DNA of 64,000 nt from Squalus acanthias (lineage: Eukaryota): contig JASTWF010000048.1 of NCBI GenBank assembly GCA_030390025.1, forward strand, positions 62,001 through 126,000. Reading direction: 5' to 3'. Numbering within the stretch: position 1 is the stretch's first letter; every line of letters begins with the position of its first letter. Shown piece after piece: positions 48,375 through 61,559 of the stretch. The position numbers were made by a program, and so were the translations under genes. The notes below the pieces were generated by a model that saw nothing but the letters and a program-made list of their open reading frames with translations, made no database searches and was not told where the DNA came from.

Positions 48375-49250
48375 AACACAGGAACAGGAGGAGGACATTC
48401 AGCTCTTCAAGCCTGCTTCGCCATTCAATTAGATCATAGCTGGATCTTATCTTCAATCCATCGACCCGCTTTTGCTCCCTTTCTCTTGATCTGCTTACCC
48501 AAGAAAAAATCTATCAATCTCGATCAGTAAATCTCCAATTGGCCGCTGGCACGCACATCGTTTTCGGGCAGAGAGTTGAAGATTCTCAATGCCCTTTGTG
48601 TGAAGAAGTGCTTCCTGCCCTCACGCCTGAAACGCTGAGCTCTCACTGTAAAGTTATGCCTCATTGTTCTGGACTCCGCCACCAGTAGACATACTTTCAT
48701 TCTATCTACTCTATCAACTCCTTTTAACAGTAAAAGACTAAATCAGTTCACCGCTCAATCTTCTATACTCAAGGGCATACAAGCCCAGTCTATACAACCT
48801 GTCTTCATAATTTAACCCTCTAAGCATTCTGGTGAATCTGTCTTGCACTCCCTCCAAGGACAAAACGTCCTTCCTGAGGTGTGTTACCCAGAACTGAACC
48901 TATTTTGCCAGATGGAGTCTGACCGGGGCACTGCCCAACTGAAGCATAACTTCCTCCCTTTTGTATTCCAGCCTCTTTGACATAAAGGCCAACATTGCAT
49001 TAATCTCTTTGATTCCTTTTTGCACCTCTATCCTGGCTTTTAGTGATTTGTGTACCTGGCCAACTTAATTTATTTGCTCGACAGTTTCCAGCTTCTCATC
49101 AGTTAGAAAACATTCTGATGTTTCTTCCTCAGGCCCCCAGTGGATGAGCTCATACTTGCCCACGTCCCACGGTAAACTCTACCTGCCGCTGTTTTTTCTC
49201 ATTCACGTAAGTTGTTTAGGTCAACTTTGCAACTTCCTGCTCCCGTTTGC
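48375..49250 (-). mobile_element. Degenerate CR1 LINE (duplicate at about 57905-58790)
   Basis: Same remnant encodes NVGKYEVIHWG..LDRALVRLHL in the paralogue ORF 58446..58751. Confidence 0.8.
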
Positions 49251-49548
49251 TCTACTTACTGCCAAACAGAGAGGGAGGGGCTGGACTGTCAATCAGTGTC
49301 GGGGGCGGAACTGTGTTTCACGGAGTGATGGCGGGTCTGTCAATCAGCGTGGGAGGGGCGTGGCTGTCAACCAGCCTGGGAGTGGAGGAGCGGTGTTGTC
49401 AGTCAGAGAGGGGCGGGGGGCCTGAATCACTTCCTTATGCTCGTCATGGTTTACTGAATGACTTGAAAAGAGCGTGTTGGGTCCTCACAAGACTCAACGC
49501 TCTTGTTTTCGCTGGTTTGATTTCTAAAAGTAAATCTTGAAGTTAAAG

Positions 49549-50052
49549 ATGTATCTGTTACTGAGTTTCATAATTGTATTTCAATGTAATGATTTTTTCA
49601 CACAATAATCTTTGTTAATTTCCATTCTTTACTATTTCTTTCTTTCCTTCGTTGTTACCTTCATTCTCTCTTTCTCTCGTTCTTTACTTCTTTCTTTCCC
49701 CACAACCCAGAATGCCCCTGGTTACTTATCTCCTCCTCTCCCTGTCTCTTTCTCAGACGCGAACTCGCAGACTATCCGCCAGATTCCCGCCGTTGTCTCC
49801 AACTTTGCTGGGGAGGGACTCGAAATAAAGTGCAACGTCGACGGTGCCAGTAGCAGTTACATGTACTGGTACAGAAAGGACCCGGGGAAGGGGCCGCAGT
49901 CCATGTTTATCTCCGCGGGTACCAATGTTGTGAATCCAGAGGGGATGGTGGACGGTTTCACCGCCGAGCGACCGAAAGACAAAGAGTTCAAACTGAAGTC
50001 CTCCAGCCTGCGGGCGAATCACTCGGCCGTGTATTACTGCGCCTGGAGTCTT
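49549..50052 (+). CDS. TRBV: TCR V family A, copy A13
   Basis: Leader 49549-49585 (donor GTAATG); V exon 49757-50052 open. Confidence 0.92.
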
Positions 50053-50091
50053 CACAGTGACTCAGAGAGATGGAGGAGCTGAACAAAAACT
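50053..50091 (+). other. 23-RSS (A13)
   Basis: CACAGTG-23-ACAAAAACT. Confidence 0.95.
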
Positions 50092-50298
50092 CCCAAAGGC
50101 GGCAGGAAACACCTGTTCGAGATAAAACTGCTCTGCGCTGAGTCCTGTGAGGTTTAATTTACGCAGAGCGAACATGTTTTTGACAAGCTCAAGTAGCGGG
50201 TTCCAATAAAAGTGAGAAAAAGAGAAAAAAGACACTGAGAAAATTGTAATGAAAGATTACGTTACATGGACTGAAGAGCGATAGAACGAAAGGAAGAT

Positions 50299-50341
<43 letters not shown>

Positions 50342-50779
50342 AAGAAAGAATGATACAAAGATGGAAACAAGGCAGAAACGAAAATATGATAGAAAAAAAG
50401 AAAGACAGACAGAATGTAAGAAAGTTGAAAGAAAGAAGAAAGACAGAAAGGAAGGAAGGAAGAAAGAAGAAAAACAAAACATTTAAGAAACAAAGAAAGA
50501 ATGATCGAAAGAAGCAAAGGATGTAAATAGACTGTCGGGATTTTACACACTGACAGTGTGTTGTCTTTCTCCACGGAGACTGAAGATGGCGCTCTAGTAA
50601 CATGAACTGCACGGTTGCTTGTAATACGGTTTCATGTGGAATAGAAGAGAGGTCATTTAGTCCCGCTCATGCTGTTTCATAGGAACAGGACAAGTCCTTT
50701 AGCCCCTTTAGGACCGTGTACACAGGCACAGGAGTAGACCCATTCAGCCACACGAGCCTGTTACACAGGAACAGGAGGA

Positions 50780-51640
50780 GGCCATTCAGCCCCTCGAGAC
50801 TGCAATGCCAGCCAATGAGATCATGGTTGATGTGTATCTTCATTCTATCTAACCGCATTTGCTCCATGAACCTCGATACACTTACCCAACAAATATCTAT
50901 CAATCACAGTCTTGAAAGCTCCAATTGACCCTTAGCCTTAAAAGATTCTGGGAGGAGAGCTTTCCACATTTCCACTACCATTCTGTGAAGAGGTGATTTT
51001 TGACACAATGCCTGAACGACGTAACTCTAAGTTTAAGGTTGTTCCACTTATTTCTGGACTCCCCCACCGGAGGAAATAGTTTGTCTCCATCTACCCTATT
51101 AACTTATTTTAACATTTACAAAACGCAATCAGTTCAGCACTGAATGTTCTATACTCAAAGTAATATAGGCCAGGTTTTGCAATCCTTCCTCATAATTTAA
51201 TCCTCTTAGTCCCGGGTATCAGCCTGGTGAATCTGCGCTGCATCCCATTAGAGCATAATATGTCCTTCCTGAGGTGCGGTACCCAGAATTGAACTCAGTA
51301 TTCTAGTTTGGATCTGACCAAGTCTCTATACGACAGAAGAATAAATTCCGGCCCTTTATATTCCAGACCCCTTGAGATAAAGGACAACATCCCTTCAGCC
51401 TTTTTGATTCCTTTTTTCCCTTTCTACCGGAATTTAGTGATTTGTTTACCTTGGCAGTTAAATCCCCTTGCTCCTCTGAAATTCCTAGCTTAACACCATT
51501 TAGAAAATACTCTGATCTATCTTTCTTAGATCCCGAGTGGATGACCTCGCACTTGCCCACTTCTTCCACTGTTCCTTCTTCCACTATTTTGCCCGCTCAC
51601 TTAATCTCCATGTCCCCATTCCAACTCCCGGTTCCCAGCT
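50780..51640 (-). mobile_element. Degenerate CR1 LINE (duplicate at about 60380-61200)
   Basis: ORF 51303..51584 VGKCEVIHSG. Confidence 0.8.
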
Positions 51641-51962
51641 GATCTACTTACTGCCAATCAGAGACAGATGGGCCGGGCTGTTCATTGGAGACAGTGGGGA
51701 GGGGCCTTCAATCAGAGAAATATGACGGGGGAATTAAATATAGAGGGCGGACGGGGCTATCAATCATCGAGTGAGGGGCGGGGCTGCCAGTCATGGAGGG
51801 AGGGGCGGGGCATTGTATGTTCAATGTTTTCTTATGAATGATAGAGAACGTTGCCGTTTACACGCGCCAGTTCGGACCTTGCACACAAAAGTTTCATTGC
51901 TCCAGTCTCTGGACAGCTTGTTGGTCGAGGAGCTCCCGATCTCAAACCCTCTGTCTCGGACA

Positions 51963-53069
51963 ATGCGGACTTGCCTCCTGTCCTGTACGTTGCCGCTGTT
52001 CCTATTGGCGGGTAAGTAAAGCGAGAGCTCGGTGTCAGATGGAGGGCTTCAGCTTTTGAAGCAGGAATGTATTCATGAGCTTGCAAAACAAGTTGTAATT
52101 TTCAACATAAAGAGAAATAATGAATGGATGGATCAGATAATAAGATGGACAGAAAGATAGAAAGAAAGAAAAAGAAAGACAGAAAGAAAATAGCTAAAAC
52201 GAAAGAAAGAACAAAGGAAAGGAAGAGAACAGGGTTGTTGGAGCAAGTAGAATGTATCTGTTTAGTAACACTTAAAGGTGAGAAATTGTGTGAAATAATG
52301 GCAGGATGGACATTTCGTTAACAGGGATTCTTCTATAATAGTTGAACCAGTGAGTGACATTTCCAAGCCAATCCATATTACAAGGAGAGCTCCACTAAAC
52401 CTATTGGCTCCTGTCTAATTACAAGTGCCTGCGGCTGTTGACTATTAATCTTGTTTTGCCAAATCGACTAAAACCAGAATGTCGCGCGGTGGAGCCGGTA
52501 GAATGTGTCTGTTAATGAGCATAGGAATAGGGGGGTGATAGGGTAGACAGAGGAAATCATTTCTCCCTATCTAGCCTATACAATCTTTTGGTCAGCTCAA
52601 TTAGGTTCATGTGAAAATAGAGGAAATACATCGACTGAAATGAAAAGCAAGTGTGTGAGGGGAAGGGGAGAATCTGTCTCAGTACAGTCAATAATTAAAC
52701 ATGTTATTGTGTCTTATTTCTGGGGAAATAACTGTCTCTCTTTGCTGTTCAGTCCTATTTGCCTTCCAGGTGTTGGCGGGTCTCAGAAGATAGTACAGTC
52801 CCGGGTGTATGTGTCGGTGAGAGAGGGCGAGTCTGTGACTATCCCGTGTACCCAACGCGGCAGTGATGCTTATATGTACTGGTACCGTCAGGTCCCGGGC
52901 CTAGGACTCCAGGACCTCTTGTCTGCGGTAAATGAAGGTGACCCGAACAGGTCGGAAGGGATCACGGAGAGATTTTGGGCCAAGAAAACTGCAGATAACT
53001 CCTTCGAACTGAAGATATCGATGGTGCGGCCGAACGACACGGCGCTGTATTTCTGCGCCTGCGGTGATG
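51963..53069 (+). CDS. TRBV: TCR V family B, copy B2
   Basis: Leader 51963-52011; V exon 52770-53069 SQKIVQSR..IPCTQ..MYWYRQ..YFCACGD, open. Confidence 0.94.
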
Positions 53070-53108
53070 CACAGTAACACATTCAGATTGAACCGTGCTA
53101 CAAAAACC
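53070..53108 (+). other. 23-RSS (B2)
   Basis: CACAGTA-23-ACAAAAACC. Confidence 0.93.
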
Positions 53109-54813
53109 CGCCCGTCTCAGACACCAACCCCCAACTAGTTCTAATGATAGATAGACCNNNNNNNNNNNNNNNNNNNNNNNNNNNNNNNNNNNNNNNNNNN
53201 NNNNNNNNNNNNNNNNNNNNNNNNNNNNNNNNNNNNNNNNNNNNNNNNNNNNNNNNNNNNNNNNNNNNNNNNNNNNNNNNNNNNNNNNNNNNNNNNNNNN
53301 NNNNNNNNNNNNNNNNNNNNNNNNNNNNNNNNNNNNNNNNNNNNNNNNNNNNNNNNNNNNNNNNNNNNNNNNNNNNNNNNNNNNNNNNNNNNNNNNNNNN
53401 NNNNNNNNNNNNNNNNNNNNNNNNNNNNNNNNNNNNNNNNNNNNNNNNNNNNNNNNNNNNNNNNNNNNNNNNNNNNNNNNNNNNNNNNNNTCTAACTAAC
53501 TTGAATAGGTTACAAATTGCTTTTAATTAATTAAAATTTGATGTATCAACTTACTGAATGTCTTTCTTTTAAGATATTATCGTCATTTAACAACCAGATT
53601 GCGTGCTGCAGACAGAACAACACCAGCTTCTCCAGTCTCTGCTCGAAGGAGAATACCCCATACAATTAGGAAATAGTTAATGTTAGAACCCTTGCATTTC
53701 TCACCGATGGTTCACACTCTGCGAAGGCGAGATGCATCTTCAGATATGTTTGTTTCCGGGACACCTGCCGCATGACGGCGGTTTCAGAATCTGTTGAGAA
53801 CCGTTTACCCGCTTCTCTATCAGACTCTAGGGGCGTTTTGATGTGTTTTTCATAGAATCTGCGAATTCAGCTCAGCAAAGAATTAAACCCTTGATTTCTC
53901 GCTCAGCACATCGGAACTGAAAAATGCACTGCCTGAAACAGGAGAGCATTTTTCCCAGCAACGTTCCGTTTTTCCAAGAATCATAGAATCCTACAGCACT
54001 GAAGGAGGCCATTCGGCCCGTCTGGTCTGATGCGGCTCTTTGAAAGACCTATCCAATTTGAACCCCACCGGCTTCGTCATACCCCTCTTCAATACACCCA
54101 TTAGCACATCCTTCAATTCCTTTCTCTCTCATGTACTTATCTAGCTTCCCCTTAAATGCAACGATGCTATTTGACCCAAACACCCCATGTGGTAGCAAGT
54201 TTCAGATCCTCATCACACTTTGGGTAAAGAGGTTACTCCTGAATTCCCTCTTGCATGAATTAGTGTATATCTTATAAGGACCCTAAGTTTTGATCCCGAT
54301 TATCAATTTAGTCCCACTCCCCTGCTGTTTCCCCATAGTCCTGTTTCTTCCATATCAAGTTTATATCCAATTCCCTTGAAGATGTTATTATTGAATCTGC
54401 TTCCATCGCCATTTCAGGCAATGCATTCCAGATCATGACAACTCTCTGCAATAAAATGTACGTCTCCTCATCTCCCCGCTGATCGTTTTGCCTATTATCT
54501 TAAATCTGTGCCCTCTGGTTAACGACCCTCCTGCCAGTGGATTTAGATTCTCCCTATCAACTCTATCGAAACCATTGGTAATATTTAACACCTCTATTTG
54601 TCCGTTCCTTAACGTTCTGTGCTGCACGGTTCTATGAAGTTACAAAACTAGCGAAGGAATGGGATGGGGCGTGGCTTGCACAGGAAGTGACGCAAGAGTG
54701 ACAATTACAACCGGATGCTTCGTATTTAATCAGATCCAATCGACAAACTGCCTTTAAACGTGGTATTTAACTGCACTAGTTCGCACAGTGTGCCATTGTC
54801 GAATGAATATATC

Positions 54814-55736
54814 ATGTTTCATGAAGCTCATTATCTAACGTTGATGGTGGCACTGATCCCACGTAAGTCAAAGTAACAAACTTATGCAGAGTTCTTTGTA
54901 GAATAATGTATTATAATGCCAGCTGTTGTTCAGCTGGTTCAAATCTTGCCTTTGAATCAGAGGATTTGGGTTGGAGTCTTACTCCTGAGACTTGAGCACA
55001 AAATCTATGCTGGCAATCACGAGACCAGCACTGAGGGAGTGCTGCACTATCGGAGATGCCGTTTTTCAGATAAGGTGTTAAACTGAGCTGCCCTCTCAGG
55101 TGGACGTACATGATCCCATTGCACTATTGGAAGAAGAGCAGCGAAGTTGTCGCCGGTGACCTGGGCCAACATTAATCCCACAACATACACCAAAAAAACA
55201 GATTTACTGGTCATTTATTTCAAAGCAGTATGTGGGAGCTTGCTGTGCTCAAATTGGCTTTCTCGTTTCCTTCATTACAACAATGACTGCACTTTAATCA
55301 GTACTTCATTGATTGTAAAGAGCTTTGTGACTTTCTGAGGTCGTGAGTGGCGCTTTATGAATTGAAGATATTTTTCTCTGTAGTCCGTGCTCAAATAAAT
55401 TATTGGCAAAAATAAGAAACTAATCGATGTTGCATTCGACAGGAATACTCGCCTCGTACGTGGAGCAGTCGCCTTCTGTCCTATCGATTGGAGCAGGAGA
55501 GTCGACCACGCTCACATGCACGCTGACTAATACTGGCTATAACGAAATGTACTGGTACAGACGAAAACCCGACCAGGCATTAGAAGCTCTTTTCTATTCT
55601 GTTGGAGCAGGAGCTGTTACGAAATACACGACCGAGACTTTTAAGGCCGAAAGAAGCAGCAATACGCTGTTTACTTTGGAACTGAGCGCCGCCTCTCCGT
55701 CTCACACCGCTGTCTATTACTGTGCTTGTAGTACCG
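54814..55736 (+). CDS. TRBV: TCR V family D, copy D2
   Basis: Leader 54814-54862; V exon 55443-55736 open; same intronic SINE at about 54918-55378. Confidence 0.93.
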
Positions 55737-55775
55737 CACAGCGTTTGAGAAAGCGGCTCCCCCGCTACAAAAACC
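55737..55775 (+). other. 23-RSS (D2)
   Basis: CACAGCG-23-ACAAAAACC. Confidence 0.93.
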
Positions 55776-56042
55776 TTTTCACTGCTCATTTTCCACCACC
55801 AGGTGACAGCACTAGATATTAGTTCAGTGTTTGATTTCTACTTCATTCCTTCCCCGCCTCTCCTCTCTCCAACTCCTTCGTCTCCCGGCCCTCGCATCCC
55901 CTATTCCCTCCTCTGCCCTCCCCGCATTAAATGACTGGGGACAAGATGGTGAGGCGTGTAGTCTGACATCATACGTCATCCACGCCCCGCAACAAGTAAC
56001 CAATCCGTGCGCTTGTGATTGAATCAGGAGGAGTGGAGGGGG

Positions 56043-56115
56043 ATGGAAGTGCGGGGCTGTGGGACCGCGTATCTCTCACTCCTGCTCCACTGTCTGAAAC
56101 TGGAGATTTGCTTTG
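56043..56115 (+). pseudogene. Orphan family C leader (C5), donor lost
   Basis: Paralogue of 46219-46291; GTCAG changed to ATCAG. Confidence 0.7.
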
Positions 56116-56917
56116 ATCAGCGCACGTTTACATTTGAATGCAGTTTGATTTAATAGAGAGAGAACGCGAGAGAGAGAGAGAGAGAGAGTTAGTGAGTGAG
56201 GGAGTGAGAGAGACAGAGACAAAAAGAGAGAGAGACAGCGACAGAGACAGAGAGGAAAGAGAGAGACAAAGAGGGAGAGAAAGCGAGTGAAAGAGAGGCG
56301 AAAGAGAGACAGAGAGTGATACATAGCGAGTGAAAGGGAGACACAGAGACAGAGAGGGGAAAGAGAGAGAGATAGAGAGAGAGAGAAAGCGAGTGCAAGT
56401 GAAACGCAGAGACAGAGAGAGGAAAGAGAGAGACAGAAAGTGGACAGAGAGAGACACAGAGAGAGAAAGCGAGTGAAAGAGAGACAGAGAGAAAGAGAGG
56501 CAGGGAGCGAGAGACAGGAGAGAGAGTGAGACAGAGAGAGAGACAGAGAGACAAGAGGGAGACACACACATACACAGACATAGAGAGAGAAACACATGTG
56601 CAGAGAGACATAAAGCGAGAGAGACAGAAACATACACAGCCAGAAAGTGAGAGAGGCAGAGAGAGAGCCGGATGAACAGCGAGAGAGAAAGAGAGAGAGA
56701 GAGATTAAGAGACAGAGAGAGAAAGGGGGAGACATTAGCAAACACGTCGATTCCGATTGTTTGAACTGGAGAAAGAGGGTGTATCCGTCCTTCTATTGGT
56801 TCCTTATGCTCTTCATATTTTTCTCAAAGATTTGAAAAGATCGCTTTGCCTCCTCGCAACACTCAATGCTCCTGCTCTCGCTCCTTCCCTCATTAGAATT
56901 AAACATGAAAATAAAAT

Positions 56918-57249
56918 ATCTATCTGTTACTGGGTCCGCTGAACTTGTTCCACCTGAAGAGAAATTTTCAAACAGTAATTATTGTTAACAACCTCAATTT
57001 ACTTTCTTTCTTCCTTTTTTCTATCTCTCTTTCTGTCTTTCGCTCTTGCTCCCATTCCCCATTGCCCGAATGACCCTGTCTACTGACCTCCTCCTCTCCC
57101 CGTCTCTTTCCTGGATGTGAGATCGCAGATTATCCGCCAGACTCCCGCCGCAGTCTCCAAATTACCCCGGGAGCGTGTGGAACTGAAATGCTATGTGAAA
57201 TCTGTCAGTAACCATAACATGTTCTGGCACAGGCAATACCCGGGGAAGG
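56918..57249 (+). pseudogene. Truncated family A relic
   Basis: Same lesions and breakpoint as 46969-47297. Confidence 0.8.
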
Positions 57250-59088
57250 CTGCTTTCTCTAGAAACGAGAAGACTGAGGCGTGAGCTGATAGCGAAAATT
57301 ATGAAAGGTGTTCGATAGGATAAATGTAGGGAAGATATTTCCACTTGTGAGGAAGACCATGCTCGTGGTCATAAATATAAGATAGTCACTAATACGTCCA
57401 AATAGGGAACTCAGGAGAAAACACTTTACCCAGAGAATGGCGAGAATGTTGAACTCGCTACCACAGGGAGTAGTTGAGACGAATAATATAGTTGCAGTTA
57501 AGGGGTAGCTAGATAAGCACATGGGGGGTGAAAGGAATAGAAGATCATGCTGATCGAGCGCAACATCAACCTGTCCTGTCTGAAGTGTTGAGGACATTCA
57601 GTCATCCGAGGTCAATGGCTTTAAATGGTAGGTGAAGTTCCCTCTGAGCAAAACAAATGAAAATAATCAATGCAAAAAGAAAGAAAAGAAGGTATGAAAA
57701 AAGAAAGAAAGAGGGAAATAAAGATTAAAGTAAAGAAGGAAAGAACGATATAATGGGAAGGGAAAAAACGATAGAGAAAGAAAGACAGAAAGAAAGAAAG
57801 TAAACACACGGGTGGGTTTTGGTCGACTGACGCTCTGTTTCTCCAAAAGGACAGCAGAGGGCGCTCTAGAGCCATGAAAGACATCAGTGCCTGGAACAAG
57901 GTTTAATAGGAACACAGGAACAGGAGGAGGCCATTCAGCTCTTCAAGCCTGCCGCGCCATTTGATTTGGTCATAGCTGGAACTTATCTTAAATCCATCGA
58001 GCCGCTTTTGCTCCCTATCTCTTGATCTACTTACCCAAGAAAAAATCTGTGAATCTCGGTCTAGAAATCTTCAATTGACAGCCAGCACGCGCATCGTTTT
58101 CGGGCAGAGAGTTGAAGATTATTTCTGCCCTTTGTGTGAAGAAGTGCTTCCTGCCCTAACGCCAGAAAGGCTTAGCTCTCACTGTAAAGTTATGCCCCGT
58201 TTTTCTAGACTCCGCCACCAGTGGACATACTTTCATTCTATCTTCCCTATCAACTCCTTTTAACATTAAAAGACTGAATCAGTTCACCCCTCAATCCTCT
58301 ATACTCAAGGGTGTACAAGCCTAATCTGTACAACCTGTCTTCATAATTTAACCCTCTAAGCCCTGGTATCATTCTGGTGAAACATGCCTTGTCCTCCCTC
58401 CAAGGACAAAACATCCTTCCTGAGGTGCGGTCCCCAGAACTGAACCTAGTTTGCCAGATGGAGTCTGACCAGGGCTCTGTCCAACTGAAGCACAAATTCC
58501 TCCCTTTTGTATTCCAGCCTCCTTGACATAAAGGCCAACATTCCATGAAGCAGTTTGATTCTTTTTTGCCCCTGTCTCCTGGCTTTTAGTGATTTGTGTA
58601 CCTGGCCAACAAAATGTCTTTGCTCCTCGACAGTTTCCAGCTTCTCATTAGTTAGAAAATACTCTGATGTTTCTTCCTCAGGCCCCCAGTGGATGACCTC
58701 ATACTTGCCCACGTTCCACGTTAAACTCAACCTGCCGCAGTTTCTTCTCATCCACGTAAGTTGTTTTGGTCAACCTTGCAACTTCCTGCTCCCGTCTGCT
58801 CTGCCTACTGCCAAACAGAGAGGGAGGGGCTGGACTGTCAATTAGAGTGGGAGGGGCGGGACGATGTTTCAGAGAGTGAGGGGGCGGGTCTGTCAATCAG
58901 CGTGGGAAGGGGTGGGGCTGTGAATCAGCCTGGGAGTGGAGGAGCGGTGCTGTCAATCAGAGAGGGAGGGGCCTGCATCACTTCTTTCCGCTCGTCAATG
59001 ATTTGAAAAGGGCGGGTTGGATCCTCACAAGATTCAACGCTCTTGTTTTTGCTGATTTCATTTTTAAAATAACATTTTGAAGTAAAAG

Positions 59089-59590
59089 ATGTATCTGTTA
59101 CTGAGTCTCATGATCGTATTTCAATGTAAATGATTTTTTCAGACAATAATCTTTGTTAATAACCTTTCTTTAATCTTTCTTTCTTTCCTTCATTGTTTCC
59201 TTCATTCTCTCTTTCTCTCGCTCTTTACTTCTTTCTTCCTCCACAAACCAGAAGGCTCCTGTTTACTGACCTCCTCTCCCCGTCTCTTTCCCAGACGTGA
59301 ACTCAGAGACGGTCCGCCAGACTCCCGCCGCTCTCTCCAATATTCCTGGGGAGGGAGTGGAACTAAAGTGCGACGTGGTGGGTGCCAATAGCGGTACCAT
59401 GTCCTGGTACAGACAGGACCCGGGGAAGGGGCCGCAGTTGATGTTTTACTCCATGAGTAACAATCACGTGGATCCAGAGGGGACGATGGACGGTTTTACC
59501 GCCGAGCGACCGAATGGCAACGAGTTCAACCTGAAGTCCTCCAGCCTGCAGTCGAATCACTCGGCCGTGTATTACTGCGCCTGGAGTCTT
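59089..59590 (+). CDS. TRBV: TCR V family A, copy A14
   Basis: Leader 59089-59125 (donor GTAAAT); V exon 59295-59590 open. Confidence 0.92.
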
Positions 59591-59629
59591 CACAGTGACT
59601 CAGAGAGATGGAGGAGCTCAACAAAAACC
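59591..59629 (+). other. 23-RSS (A14)
   Basis: CACAGTG-23-ACAAAAACC. Confidence 0.95.
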
Positions 59630-61559
59630 CCAAAGGCAGCTGGAAACATCTGGTGATGATGAAACAGCGCGGTGCCTCGTCCTGTTGGTTTTATCTTGCA
59701 GAGCGAACGTGTTCTTGGCAAGAATAACAGACGGACTGGAATAAAGCGAGAAAGTAGATTAAAAAGGACACTGGAGAAGCTGCAATGAAAGATAAGTTAA
59801 ACATAGTGAAGAACGATAGAACAAAAGGAAGATAGAAATAAAGAAGGAAAGAAAGAGAGGGAGAACGAAAAAAGAAAGAAAGACAGAACGAAAGAATGAT
59901 ATAAAGAAAAAAAAATTCTGGAAAGAAGGAAAAAAGGAACAAGGATACCCAGAAAGAAAGGAAGAAAGATACACAGAAAGAAAGGAAGAAAGAAAGATAG
60001 AAAAAAGGAAATAAAGTAAAAAGACTGTGAAGCTTTTACACACTGACACTGTGTTTTCTTTCTCCACAGAGACTGAAGAGGGCGCTCTAGGACCATCAAA
60101 CACACGGTTGCTTGTAATATGGTTTAATATGGAATAGAAGGAGGTCATTCAGTCCCCTTGAGCCTGATACATAGGAACAGGTCAAGATCAATAAGCATCC
60201 TCGAGACCGTATACGCAGGTACAGGAGAAGGCCCATTAAGCCACACGAGCCTCTTACACAATAACAGGAGGAGCCCATTCAGCCCCTCTCGTCTGTTACA
60301 TAGTAACAAGAGGAGGACATTCAGCCCCTCGAGTCTGTTACATAGGAACAAGAGGAGGACATTCATGCTGTCGAGTCTGCTCTGCAAGCCAATTAGATCA
60401 TGGGTCATGTGTATCTTTCTTCTGTCTAACCGCAATTTCTGCATGTACCTTGATAACCTTACCCTACAAATATCGATCAATAACAGTCTTAAAAGCTCCA
60501 ATTGACCCTCACCTTCAACAGACTCTTGGAGGAGAGAGTTACACATTTCCACTACCATTGTGTGAAGAGGTAGTTTTTCACACAAGGCCTGAAGGACCTA
60601 ACTCTAACTTTAAGGTTACTCCCCCCTGTTCTGGACTCCCCCACCAGAGGAAATAGTTTCTCTCTATCTACCCTATCAACTTATTTTAACATTTACAAAA
60701 CTCAATCAGTTCAGCACTGAATCTTCTATACTCAAGGTAATATAGGTCAAGTTTTGCAATCATTTCTCATAATTTAACCCTCTCAGTCCCGGGTATCAGT
60801 CTGGTGAATCTGCGCTGCATCCCCTCCAAGTCTAATATATCCTTCCTGAGGTGCGGTTACCAGAATTGAACTCAGTTCTCCAGATGGGGTCTGACCAATT
60901 CTCTATAGGACAGAAGAATAACTTCCTGCCGTTTGTATTCCAGACCCCTTGAGATAAAGGACAACATCCCTTTAGCCTTTTTGATTTATTTTCCCCCAAT
61001 CTACCAGCATTTAGTGAATTTTTTTACCTGGTCACTTAAATCCCTTTGTTTCTCCGCAAATCCCAGTTTAAAACCATTTAGAAAATACTCTGATCTATAT
61101 TTCTTAGGTCCCAAGTGGATGGCCTAGCACTTCCCCACGTTAAATTACTTCTTGCACTGTTTTGCCCGCTCACTTAATCTCTGAATCCCTTTTGCAAATC
61201 CCGGTTCCCATCTGTTCTACTTACTGCCAATCAGAGAGGGAGGGGCCGGGCTGTTCATTGGAGTCGGTGGGGAGGGGCTGTCAATCAGAGAGGTATGATG
61301 GGGCCGTCAAACAGAGAGGGCGGACGGGGCTGTCAATCATCGAGTGAGGGTTGATTCCGTCAGTGATAAAGGGGCGTGGCGGGATTGACAATCATAGAGA
61401 GAGTGGCGGGGCATTGTCCCTTCAGTCTTTTTTGAAATAGAGACCGTTGCCGTTTACACGCGCCAGTTCAGGCCTTGCACACAGCAGTCTTAGTGCTCCA
61501 GTCTCTGGGCAGCTTTTTGGGTCGAGGGGCTCCCGGTCTGAGACCCTCTGTCCCGGAAC

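Noticed and set aside
53491-53975. Unique sequence between duplicated cassettes
   Set aside because: No ORF, RSS or recognisable motif I can support.
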